From Camelus ferus (lineage: Eukaryota), in assembly GCF_009834535.1 (NCBI RefSeq), contig NC_045707.1, positions 57,972,001-58,036,000 on the forward strand: a stretch of 64,000 bases of DNA. The letters run 5' to 3'. Positions 52,016-64,000 of the stretch are shown here, in pieces. Positions within the stretch are counted from its first letter, which is position 1; each line of letters starts with the position of its first letter. The translations under genes were made by a program, and so were the position numbers. Under the pieces are notes generated by a model. It saw nothing but the letters and a program-made list of their open reading frames with translations, searched no databases and was not told the DNA's origin.

Positions 52016-53915
52016 CTAGGCCATGCAGTGCAAAACAGTGGGAACAGTCCTGGCCCAGGGTGACAGAACTAGAGGGAACACTGAAGAAGAACACAGCAGA
52101 TGCTGAGGAAACAATGCCACTAAGATATCAACTTTGGATGCAGCAGCTCTAACTGATACTGTGTTTGTCTAAATCTGATATTTGGACTGTGTTATGTGAG
52201 GACTTTGGAGTTGGCTTGATCTGTCCGAAGGTGTAAGAAGCCTAACCATTAATTATTACTAACTATGCAATTCTGGTTGAATTATCTCGTTCTTCTGAGT
52301 TGAGAAGTTTCCTCACTTTTTAATCCAGAAAAATAATGCTTAACCCCACCACATGGTATGAATTAAATGAGAGCTAATACAATTAAAGCATTTAGGAATT
52401 CTACCCAACACACAGTATACTCTCAATTAATGCTGATTGTGATTATTAGAGGGTATGGGTAATACTTATATAAGGTATATAAAGTATGAATAGAGAGTTT
52501 GGTACACATACATACATACATACATATTTTATACAACACTATATAATTCTATTCTCATCATCAAAACTCTGAAATCTCAGGGTCTTTTTTATAGATAAAA
52601 GAACTTTTTTCCAAAGATGCATTCTCTGGCATTGTTTTATTTTACACAGGAATAAACAAAGTTTGTATTAATTTTTAAAAACTGAAAAGTTCTTATACTT
52701 CCATCTGTGATTATAGCCTCCTAAAATAAGGAACAAGGTCTATGTGGTTTTCTTCATATAGTACATTAGTATAAATCATATGCAACAGGGAACTTCATGA
52801 ATGGCTTTGATAATTTTCATCTTCTGAAATATTTACAAGATCCACATTAATTTGGGTTATTAAATAATTGACCAACAAGCTAATTTGAACATTTGACAAG
52901 CAAAATAGATTTGTCTCCAAATTTCTAGTTCACATCTTAGTGGAGATAATAAGAAGGTGAATGAAGCCAAGCAAAGGGCATAATTAATGATTTGGTCACG
53001 GCCTTTAAATTGGCAGGAGAACTTGTTGAATGGTGATAAAAATGGAAGAGTAATGACTCATCTGAGTTTTCTTATGTTTGTACTGAAAAGTCCAAGAGTC
53101 ACAATCCAATTTGTGCTATTTCCAATGTCTAGAGCCCTTCACAGAATAGGAGGGATGATAGTGTAAAAAGGTTGTAGGGAATGGAATTTAGAAACACACC
53201 CCACAGAGTTAGGGCGTTCAAGGCTAGGAACCCCCAAAAGCCTCCAATTAATGCCTTTGATAGGTAAGGGCTGATGTGAGCCACCTACATGGGTTCCTAT
53301 CCAGTATCACCCTCATGTGAGCCAAAGGGTGGCACCAAAACTATTGTGCTTCTTAGTGAGACTATGAGAAGTAACAACCCTGCTGCTACCACACACTTAA
53401 ATATCAGTGGTGGCTATTTCCCTGAGTAATACTGAAGTATGTGAGTCTGATCTCCCCTTTCCCCTTCCTCCCAAACTAAAGAGAATGATTTAAGTGAGAG
53501 AGGTATGTTTCCCTCCGTCAGCACACTCACCTCCAAGTCTCAGGATAAGCAAGGCCTGTTTATCAGGCCCCTTCCCCATCGTCTCTCACCCCCAACACCC
53601 CATCCTCATAAAGCTGGCTTCTGAACCCTTACTTAAGGAGCCCCTAAGAAGTTTCTCTTTGCTATTTAACCAATAGCCACATCTGTGATGCCATAATCCC
53701 TATGGAAGTTTTATTCTCCAGGCTCTGACCTGAGAGAACTCAGATACTAACCCTAGCCCTCATTCTACCTTTATTAGCAAAAACTCTTAAAGTCCCACCT
53801 CCCTCAGTTTGCATCTAGGCATCATAATGGATTTTATTTTATTTAAGATTTGTTTTGGTGCTTATTCTTCTGGTGTCTCTTTTTCCGAACCATTTTGGTG
53901 TATTAGTTGGCTTGA

Positions 53916-53916
<1 letters not shown>

Positions 53917-53961
<45 letters not shown>
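53917..53961. repeat. (CA)n microsatellite
   Basis: Directly visible. Confidence 0.95.
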
Positions 53962-54871
53962 TCCTATTTCCTGTGTGACCCAAAGGGGCGTTTAACTTCC
54001 ACAGACTTATTCTCTGGGCAGCTGCCCAGTTCCATTTTCAGAGAGGCAAGTTGCCAAAACCAAAGAAGAGTTCCCCACCCACACGCTGCACCTTCCCTTT
54101 CATTCTGTAACCAGAAATAGTACCAGACACCTGTGGGTGCCCACCTGAGGAATCTCTGCATACCTCAGCTAGAGATTTAACACCTGCTTTTCTTTCCCGT
54201 CCCAACTTCCCACTAGTTTAGAAAGAGTGACTCTTGGGTTTATATCTTGCACACTCACACTTAGAAAGTACCTTTGGCTTAGCACCTGGTGTAGGCCATT
54301 AAAAGGAAAGAAAGGATGTTGGCAACTGAAGTCTTTCATTCTTAGCATTCGTGATTTTTTCAAGAGGAAATTTCAAAGGGATCATTGTTGCTTTAAAAAT
54401 GAATACAAATGATGTTTTGATCTATTGTTACCTTGTTCCTAACAGTTTTTGTGGGAAGAGGTGTCCTCCCGACTCCACTGTCAGCACCCACTGATACACC
54501 TTCTCATGTACACCAACGTCTGGGAGAGATACATCCAAGTCCCCTCTCTTCACCACGAGGAAATACTGTTTGGAAGTTTCAGCAAGTTAGTTGAGCTTCC
54601 ATTTATATACCTGCAAAATGAAAATAGTGATTCCTACCTCACAAGATACTTTGGAGATTATAAAACGAATGTGAAATCATTTTGAAAATAACACATTATA
54701 AATATATATATTCAGGTAATGAAAATTTAATTGCACTAACAACTTAAAGTCTCCTAGTTGGATTTCCTGGTTTTCTTAGTTAGGTCCCGATGATTACAAG
54801 TAACACAAACCACATCAAACTGGCTTAAGAAAAATGGAGAAATGTTTTATAAGAATGTCACAATGTCTTCA

Positions 54872-55854
54872 CAGATCAGTGGAACAGAATAAAGAGCATA
54901 GAAATAAATCCATGCACTTATGGTTAATTAATCTATGACAAAGGAGGCAAGAATATACAATGGAGAAAAGACAGTCTCTTCAATAAGGGGTGCTGGGAAA
55001 ACTGCAGTTCCATGTAAAAGAACATGAAATTAGAACATTCTCCAACACCATATACAAAAATAAACTCAGAAAGTGTTAAAGACCTAAATGTAAGACCAGA
55101 AATCATAAAAGTCCTAGAAGAAAACACAGGCATAACATTCTTTGATGTAAATCGCAGGAGTATTTTTGGATCAGTCTCCTAAAGCAAAGGAAATAAAACC
55201 AAAAATAAACAAATGGGACCCAATTAAATTTAAAAGCTTTTACACAGCAAAGGAAACTACTGACAAAATGCAAAGACAACCTACTAATGGGAGAAAATAT
55301 TTTCAGATGATACAGCTGATAAGGGGTTAATATCCAAAATATGTAAATAGCTCATACAACTCAACATAAAATAAACAACTCAATTAAAAAATGGGCAGAA
55401 GACCTGAATAGATATTTTTTCAAAGGGGAAATGCAGATGGACAACCAGCACAAGAAAAGATGCTCAACATCACTAATCATCTCAGGGAAATGCAAATCAA
55501 AACCACCATAAGAGATCACCTCACACCTGTCAGAGTGGCCATCATCAAAAAGAACACAAATAACAGTGTTGGCAAGCATGTGGAGAAAGGGGAACCCTCA
55601 TACACTGTTGATGGGAATGTAAATTAGTAGAGCCCCTATGGAAAACAGTGTGAAGGTTTTTCAAAAAAACTAAAAATAGAACTATCGTATGACCCAGAAA
55701 TTCCACTCCTGGACGTATAGCTGAAAAAAACAAAAACATTAATTCAAAAAGACATATGCACCCCAATGTTCATAGCAGCATTCTTATACAATGGCAAAAT
55801 ATGGAGGCAACCTAAGTGTCCATCAACAGATGAACATGTAAAGAAGATGTGGCA

Positions 55855-55896
<42 letters not shown>

Positions 55897-56316
55897 GGAA
55901 TACTATTCCACCATAAAAAGAAGGAAATTTTGCCATTTGAAACAACAGATGGACTTGGAGGGCATTATGCTAAGTGAAATAAGTCAGACAGAGAAAGGTA
56001 AATACTGTATGATCTCACTTATATGTGGAATCTAAACAGTACAACAAACTAGAGAATATAACAAAAAAGAAACAGACTCACAGATATAAGGAAAAAATTA
56101 GTGGCTACCAGTGGGGAGAAAGGAGGGAGTAGGGGGTTAAAAGGTACAAACTATTATGTATAAAATAAGCTACAAGGATATATTGTACAACACAGGGAAT
56201 GTAGCCAATATTTTATAATAACTATAAATGGAGTATAATCTTTAAAAGTTGTGAATCACTATATTGTACACAGGCAACTTATGTAATATTGTATATAAAC
56301 TACATCTCAATTAAAA
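54872..56316 (+). mobile_element. L1 (ORF2 C-terminus plus 3' UTR) inserted in an MLT1-like LTR
   Basis: 'atctatgacaaaggaggcaagaatatacaatggagaaaagacagtctcttcaataa'; ORF 55766-56035 MFIAA..W.QPKCPSTDE; internal (CA)n at about 55853-55894. Confidence 0.93.
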
Positions 56317-56619
56317 AATGTTTCATCAAACAACAAAAACAAAACCAAAGCAGGAAAAAAACAGCACAGCCTTGCAAAGGACTAAAACCAGGAACTGGAA
56401 GATCCCTGGAATTCTTTGCATTCTGTCTCTTGTCTTACTAGTTCAGTCTATCTTATTCTTCTCCAGAACCACTCACAGACTCAGGCAAGAGGGGATCTGC
56501 CCTAGCCTCAGAACTTGAGATGGCCCCACTCTTGCCCTTCCCTGACTGTGCCCTTCCCCCTGAGGCAAAGTCCATGGGGTTAAGATGTACCCCTACATGT
56601 GCAGAGTCTCTCCCATGTA

Positions 56620-56730
56620 AGAGTAGGGACAGAGGATTATATGGGGATTCTCTGTACCTTCTGCACAATATTGCTAAACTTGAGCCTAAATCTGCTCTAA
56701 AAAATAAGTCTGTTAAAAGGGAAAAAATCC
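56620..56730 (+). mobile_element. Short L1MB/MC 3' end
   Basis: 'ggattctctgtaccttctgcacaatattgct..cctaaatctgctctaaaaaataagtc'. Confidence 0.7.
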
Positions 56731-56994
56731 CTATGACTTTCCAGAGCCCACAGAGCTCTCTCTATGGCCTAGGCACTTAAGGCCCCAGAATTCATTTCCC
56801 CTAGTGGGCCTGAGTTTATTTTCAGGACCTGCACCAGCCTCTTTTCTGGGTCTGTCTTTTCAAGGACAGACATTCTGTGAGTGTGCCTCTCTAGTCCCAA
56901 AGTGTGGTCAAGGTGGATGGATGGTGCTTGGATGAGCTCCTGCAGCATCCAGTACATGCAATGCATGGCCCTTTGTGGTACTTATTGGAAAGAG

Positions 56995-57542
56995 TGTTAG
57001 GTAGTTAGATAAGTGGGGGCACTGGGCAGACAGGTGGAGGAGAGGGAGGATGATCTGGAAGATGGCGTTATGCCCACCTCCACCATAAAGGGACTTTACT
57101 TCTAAATGAGTGCCAGCAAGAAACCAGTTAAAACCCGACAGCCACAACTATGCAGTAGCAGAAAGGACTTAACCAGACACGACCCATATACATTGTATTA
57201 TAATTAATAATGAGGGTTAGCCGGCCCCACCTCAATGGGTTTTCCTGTGTACACCACAGGTAAGGACACGTGCAAAAGGGGCCAAACATGACTAAGCATT
57301 CCAGGGACAAGAGCTGTCACTCAGTCAAAAGACCACCTCTAAGCCAGGGTATAAGAGAAAAGGGAGACAAAAACTGCTGCTTTTCCTCCCTTGAATCAGC
57401 TCGCCTCCTGCTCTTGGAGGTGTACTTTCCTTTTTTAAATAAATCTTTTGAAATCTTTCACTACACAATACACCATCTCCCATCTGTAAATCTTATCTTT
57501 CGGGTAAGACAAGAACTGGAGTCTTTACCTTCTGGGGTAAGA
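56995..57542 (+). mobile_element. ERV1-type solo LTR (548 bp)
   Basis: Ends TGTTA...TAAGA (TAACA with one change); 4-bp TSD AGAG at 56991-56994 and 57543-57546; TATAAG near 57350, AATAAA near 57438, U5-like 'aaatcttatctttcgggtaagacaagaac'. Confidence 0.85.
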
Positions 57543-59003
57543 AGAGGAGTGGCTGCAGACCACCTCTCTCCCAAAGTCATTTTCCACTGCAGAATTCTGA
57601 AGAGTCTCAGGACTTTCCATTTTCAAATTTCACCTCCGAAGTAGTTGTAAATTACATTTGTCAAGCCAGCAAGATAAAAAATACCTTAATCATTTGTTTC
57701 CTTAATTTACGACTTTCCAATATCTAAACTGTGATATGAAGGGCCACCATTTGTGCTCTTGCTTCTGGTCCAATTAATGTTAGGGATAAGCCAGTTCTCC
57801 CCTAAAGGCACACTGTATTCCAGCTCCAAGGATACAAGCAACAGGCTCAGTCCCAGGTGGAGAACAAACTCCAGGCTCATGTTCTGATTCTAAATTCCTG
57901 GAAGAGAGTCAGATTGGCTCAGCTCAGGTTGGGGAAGGGAGGAGGAATGCTGAGTACTTTGGAAGTGGGCATTTTCATAGAAATAAGACTGTTAGGGGAG
58001 GGAGGGATTTCCCAGAGAAATCTGGCTGAGTAGGTTCTCCATGGAGTACCCAACTTCACGAGTGAAATAAATGCAACCTGTATTCCTCTTATTTCAAATT
58101 GGTGGGAAATACGGAAAATCAATATATTCCAGTTATAAGACAAATTATACCATGCTTAGTTAGTCTTTTTTACAGTTGGCTTTAACAGGAACAATTAATA
58201 TGAACTATGGTGGAGAGGAAATTTCTGTTCAAGAGAAATTAAAGTTTTATTAAAATGTTGTTCAGTCTCCATCTTCATACAGTATTTTTAAAAAGTGATC
58301 AGTGTGTTAATACAAGTCTAATACTTTTTTCCTTATTAGAAAGTCAAGCTAAAGTGTTTTTAAAACATTCCATTGACTTATTCTTCCCAATCTCCTTTGT
58401 TTAAAAAAAAAAAAAAAGCAACAAACCTAATAAGGTATAAAATGTTTCATTAGAAAATCCTTGCCAAGCCTTCTAGCTATAGCAGGATGAATACAGTTCA
58501 TAACTGGGGACTAACAGTCCTATGAAAAAATACAAAGAACTGGAAACTAGTATTTGCTTTGGATACAAGAAAAGCATGTAGAATAACACTGTTTCAGCAA
58601 GATTATCTCCATGTGACAGTATCAAATATGGAAGGAATGAGAAGGTATACTTTCAACTGTTTCTGGAAGGAAAAAAAAGGGGGGTAAACCTCAGCAAAAG
58701 TAAAAAGTCAGGCATACATTGTTACTGTTTCCATGTATGTTTCTTCACCTCAAATAACCTAATGTTACTGTTTAGATTTAAACTGAAAGGCCCATCCATT
58801 CTACCCAAGTCTGAAGCTTAACCTCCTTTACACTTTAAGCAGACAAAACTTCTGCTGATTTCATTTGGCTCCCATAGACAATATGCAACCATCCAGAAGT
58901 CATTCAGCAATTCTAAACAAAAGCATTATTTGCTCTGGAGCAATAGAGTGTCCGTATATAGGAAGGGCTTATGGGCAGTAATCTAGTTACAATGGGGACT
59001 AGA

Positions 59004-59800
59004 AGTGGAGTCTTCAAACATTTCTTCTTAAATATACAATTAACAACATTTAAATACTATGAAGCCCTCCCAACATTTTAAAACCAAAATATGAAAAATC
59101 TCTTTTCCCCATAAGTTTTAATAGTAGGAAAAGGTACAATTCTTATATATTGCGTATTTTGACATTTTTTAAATGAAATGGTTATAACACTCTTCTAAAT
59201 GTATCAGAAAGAATGTAAATAATAGTGATTTAACACCACTGTCATTCACTTTAAAAACATGTGAACAAGCTCTTCCTTAACAGTTTCTTCTACTCCTTGA
59301 ATTCTAATTTCCTTTTCACCTTTCTCACAGAATTGTATGATGTAATACAGTTTGCGTTTTTCATCTTATATTAATCAACTCCATAATAGTTCTTTGCAAT
59401 AAAACTATGTATAGAAATTTAAATTAAGTGGTCCCCCGCCATAACAATAGTGGACTAAGTATTTCATTAAAAGTCTTCTGGTTATCATTAATATTAGTCA
59501 TCAATTATTGCAAACATCGTAAGTGATTGCACATGTGTAGTATGACAAGACTGGAGATGGGAGAAAGGTAGTGAGCCTCTTTTAGTCAAGTGGGAGGACA
59601 ATTCTGAAAGGAATGCAGAAAAAGAGAAGTACAGTAACTCTGGACAATGGGGGAAATTCTTAGGTAGATCAATTTTTAGAAAGAATAAACATGAAAGTTC
59701 AATATCTATAAATTGACCCTGAAAGTTATCTGTGTCCAAGTATACACAGGGATATCTCTTCATACCCCAGGAATTGCATACTTTGGTTTGAAGATCTTTG
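59004..59800. mobile_element. hAT-Charlie-like fossil
   Basis: Inverted termini 'gagtcttcaaac' and 'gtttgaagatc' with ctag-containing flanks. Confidence 0.55.
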
Positions 59801-60439
59801 AGCTAGATGAATTTATATGAGGTTACTTTTACATAGTAAGCACATTCTTTTTACATAGATTTGTGTCAATCAATAAACCATTAAAATTTGTAATGATGCT
59901 TTTATTGAACATGAAGAAAATCAATTTGAAAATGTGTTATTATTTGTATTTGGACTCTCTTGAGAGACAGTTGCTAGAGATTAATAAGAAATCTAAAACA
60001 CCTTCTTGCCACTCCTACTATTCACAGCCACCTTTTATCTTTGCTTGGCCTACATAACCAGTTGGTTCTTTCAGCCCTCCCTAAACTACTCAATGCTTAG
60101 TCAACTTAGATTGCTGGCCTAGGTAGAAAGACCTTCTTTCCCAAAAGTTGTATTCCTTTCCATCTCTGCTTGCAATTGACTCAGTTCAGTCTGAATCTAT
60201 ATTTGCCTTGAAAACTTTGCTGAAAGAAGTAAAGAGACAGCAAATACATTCCAACATTCTGATTTTTTTTTTTTACCTTTTCTCTTAGAGCTATGATTTC
60301 CATGATACTGCAGATGGCAGCTTTCAAAATCTTTTCCCTTGTGTAATCATGATAGTCAGCCTTCTTGAGTGCAATAACTGCGTTCTTATACCCATCCCCT
60401 GACCACTCAGCCAATGCCCACTTTTGGCTACCACATTCT

Positions 60440-60888
60440 GTATTTTTTAGGATACAGGTTCAGTTGCTATAATAAAACAGTGATTTAAACAAAATAGTTT
60501 ATTTTCACATAACAATCGAAGTTTAAGCAGAGCTGGGCTGATATGGCAGCTCCATGGTGTTAGAACCCAGGGCTCATTGTATCTTGTTCTCTTCTGTCCT
60601 AAATAAATGCCATCATCAAAGAAGTGTCAGCATCACATCCACATGTCAGATAGCAGGAGGAGAATAGAGACGCAGGGAAAGATATGCATCTTCTTTTCAA
60701 GGACATGACCTTGAATTTGCACACATTACTTATATTTATGCCAACTGGTGTGATCATATGGCCACACTTAGTGGCAAGGAAAGCTGAGAAACACAATCAT
60801 TAAGTGGGTGGCCATGTGCCCCAGCTAAAACTTCAACCACATGGGAAAAGAGAGGGGACTGGATATGGGGAGATAACTAGCAGACTCT
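60440..60888 (-). mobile_element. MLT1 (MLT1J-like) LTR
   Basis: 'ggctgatatggcagctccatggtgt', 'catatggccacacttagtggcaaggaaagctgagaaa'. Confidence 0.8.
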
Positions 60889-62908
60889 GTATGATCATCT
60901 TAATAGATGCAGAAAAAGCATTTGAAAAAAATCAACATCTCTTTATGATAAGCACTCTTAATAAACTAGGTATAGAAAAAATGTACCTCATCATAATAAA
61001 GGCTATATATGACAAGCCCACAGCTAACGTACTAGATTGTGAAAAGCTGAAAGCTTTTCCTTTAATATCATGAATAAGGCAGGGATACCCACTGTCACCA
61101 CTTTCACTTAATGTAGTGCTGGAAGTCTTAGCCAGAGAAATAGGCCAGAAATGGGAATAACAGCCATCCAAATTAGAAATTAAGAAGTAAAAGTGCTCTT
61201 GTTTGCAGATAACATGATCATATGTATAGAAAACCATAAGATACCATTTTAAAAAAAAAAACCTGTTAGAACTAATTCAAATTCAGAAAAGTTTCAGGTT
61301 ATAAAATCAACAAACAAAATTCAATTGCACTTCTATAGACTAACAATGAACTATCTGAAAAAAATTAGGAAAACAATGCTATTTATAATAGCACTAGAAA
61401 GAATAAAATACTTGCAATTAAACTTAACTATAGAATTGAAAGACTTGTATACTGAAAACTACAAATAACTGATGAAAGAAATTAATAAGACACAAACAAA
61501 TAGAAAGACATCCTGTGTTCATTGATTGGAAGAATTAATATTGTTAAAATGTCCATACTACCTAAAGTGATCTACAGACTCGATCTAATCTCTATAAAGA
61601 TCCCAATGGTATTTTTTACAGAAATAGAAAAAACAATTCTAAAATTTACATGAAAAAACAAAAGACTGTGAATAGACAAATCAATCTTGAAAAAGAAAAA
61701 CAAAGCTGTGGTATCATATTTTCTGATTTCAAAATATATTACAAAACTAAAATAATCAAAGCAGTATGGTACAATACCATATTAAAACATAAAATCAACG
61801 ATTTTATAGATATAACATCAAAAACAAGGCAACAAAAACAACATTAAACAAGTGGTACTACATCAAACTTAAAAGTTTCTGCACATCAGAGAGAACAATT
61901 AAAAGGCAACCTATAGAATGGGAGAAAATAGTTGCAAATCCTACAAATGATAAGGGATTAATCTCTAAAATATATTAGGAACTCTTACAACTCAATAGCA
62001 AAAAAAAAAAAAACCTTAATAATCTGATTTAAAAATGAAATAAAGACTTGAATAGACATTTCTCTAAAGAAGATATACAAAAGGCCAATGGATATATGAA
62101 AAAATGCCCAACATCACTAACCATCAGGGAAATTCAAATCAAAACCACAATTAAATATCACCTCACACCTGTTAGAATGATTATTAAAAAAAAAAAAAGA
62201 CAAGAGGTGTTGACTAGGATATAGAGAAACTGAAACCCTTGAACATTGTTGGTGAGAATGCAAGATGATGCCACTGCTATGGAAAACAGTATGGAGATTT
62301 CTCAAAAACTTAAAAATAGAACTACATATGACCCAGCATCCCACTTGTAAGTATCAATCCAACAGAACTGAAATGAGGTTCACCAAAAGATATTAACACT
62401 TTGTTTCACGTGTACTCACAATAGCCAAAATGGGGAAGCAAACTAAATGTTCACCAACAGACGAATGGATAAATAAAGTGTGGCACATACATACAGTAGA
62501 ATACTCTTCCACCTTAAAAAAAAAAAAGAAGAAGAAGAAGAAGGAAATTCTGCAATATGCAACATGAATGAATCTTGAGAACATTATGTTAAGAAAAATA
62601 AGACAATCATTGAAAGAGAAACATTGAATACTTCCACTTATCTAAGGTAGCTAAAATTATCAAATTCATAAAATCAAATTGTGGAATGGTGGTTGCCAGG
62701 GGCTGAAGAGAGGAGGAAATAGGGAATTACTAATCAATGGGGATAAAGTTTCAGTGAAGTAACATAAATAAGCTCTAGAGGTCTGCTGCACAACACTGAA
62801 CCTGGAGTCAACAGTGATAAAGAGTACAGTTAAAAAACTGGCTAAGAGGGTAGATCTTCTATTAAGTAATCCTCTCACAGTAAAATAAAATACAATATAA
62901 AATAAAAC
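60889..62908 (+). mobile_element. L1 ORF2 (RT region to 3' UTR) with internal deletion
   Basis: [30 protein letters not shown]; 'tttgcagataacatgat' (FADDM remnant); jump near 61775-61800; AT-rich tail 62881-62908. Confidence 0.93.
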
Positions 62909-62950
62909 TGATCTTTGATTACAGATAGTTCAAAAAGTACCACTATGGAC

Positions 62951-63171
62951 CAGAGATCAGCTAATTTTTTCTGCCAAGAGTGAAAGAGTAAACAGATGGG
63001 CTTTTCAGGCCAATCAGTGTCTAATACAACTACATAACTCTACCCTCTTAGCTGAAAACAGTCACAGACAATACACAGACAATAAATGTGGCTGTGTTTC
63101 AATAAAACTTTATAATCAAAAACAGATGGAAGGCCAGATTTGATCCACAGGCCGTAGTTTGCCAACCCCTG
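62951..63171 (-). mobile_element. MER58A hAT MITE
   Basis: 'gtggctgtgtttcaataaaacttta..ggccagatttgatccacaggccgtagtttgccaacccctg'. Confidence 0.9.
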
Positions 63172-63518
63172 TTACAGGCCATGAACTCCCAGGGAGTAGC
63201 TGTCTCATTTACTTTATTCTTCATTGTCTCCCCAGTCCCTAAAACATTCCTCACAGAACAGGTACACAATAAACATGCGTTGAACAGATGAACAGTCTAC
63301 TTTCTGATGCAGGCACAGCAGATCTTGCTTGAATTGACATACAGGTCATATGTCCAGGGCCACCAATGCTATGAATGACCATGATGAGGATGTTACCTGA
63401 CTACTGTTAACCAGGTTAAAAACACAGATGTTTCAGGGATCAAATATAGTCTGGAAAGCAAAGGCAATCACCATTGCTTGAAAGAAGAAAGGAAGAGGGT
63501 ACTGGCACCTGGAAGTAT

Positions 63519-64000
63519 GTTTTTTTGTTTGTTTTTGTTTACTTTTTTTTAACTGAAGTATACTTGATTTACAATGTTGTATTAGTTTCTGGTGTACAGC
63601 ATAGTGATTCAGTTATACACATATGTATTCTTTTTCATTATAGGTCATTACAAGCTATTGAATATAGTTCTCTGTGCTATACAGTAGGACCTTGTTTATC
63701 TATTCTGTATATAGTAGTTTGTATCTGCTAGCCCCAAACTCTTAATTTATCCCTCTCCCCCAACCCTTTCCCCTTTGGTAACCATAAGTTTGTTTCCTAT
63801 GTCTGTGAGTCTCTTTCTGTTTAGTAAATAAGTTTATTTGTGTCTCTTTATTTAGACTTCACATATAAGTGAGATCATATGGTACTTTCCTTTCTCTTTC
63901 TGTCTTACTTCACCTAAAATGATAATCTCCAAGTCCATCCATGTTGCAGCAAATGGCAGTATTTCATTCTTTTTCATGGCTGAGTAGTATTCCAGTGTGT
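63519..64000 (-). mobile_element. Young L1 3' end, antisense, running past the window end
   Basis: T-rich tail then 'tgatttacaatgttgtattagtttctggtgtacagcatagtgattcag'; highly similar to 41370-41830. Confidence 0.93.

Noticed and set aside
1..64000. CRISPR array, prokaryotic system, CpG-island promoter, NUMT, non-retroviral EVE or processed pseudogene
   Set aside because: No repeat-spacer array, CpG-dense region, or mitochondrial-, viral- or mRNA-like sequence was recognisable by eye. A tblastx/blastx search of the repeat-masked window is needed to exclude highly decayed copies.

Overview
AT-rich, CpG-poor mammalian genomic DNA, most likely camelid: a Vic-1-like tRNA-derived SINE is present and I saw no Alu, BovB/Bov-tA, PRE1, CHR or Can-SINEs. 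Roughly half or more of the window is interspersed repeat: young and old L1, long fragmented L2, MIR, MaLR/ERVL/ERV1 solo LTRs and hAT fossils, often nested. I could not recognise any protein-coding exon, RNA gene, NUMT or non-retroviral endogenous viral element. The listed ORFs are decayed L1/transposase fragments or chance ORFs, and I found no support for a new biological system. The best observations read directly from the sequence are several TSD-bounded L1 insertions with short 3'-transduced segments, a probable local templated insertion inside an LTR16-like element, an intact-ended ERV1-type solo LTR, candidate minus-strand non-coding exons with an L1 orientation bias suggesting a minus-strand transcription unit, and a few TF-motif clusters. 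Repeat family names come from recalled consensus similarity, not from an alignment, and old-repeat boundaries are approximate.
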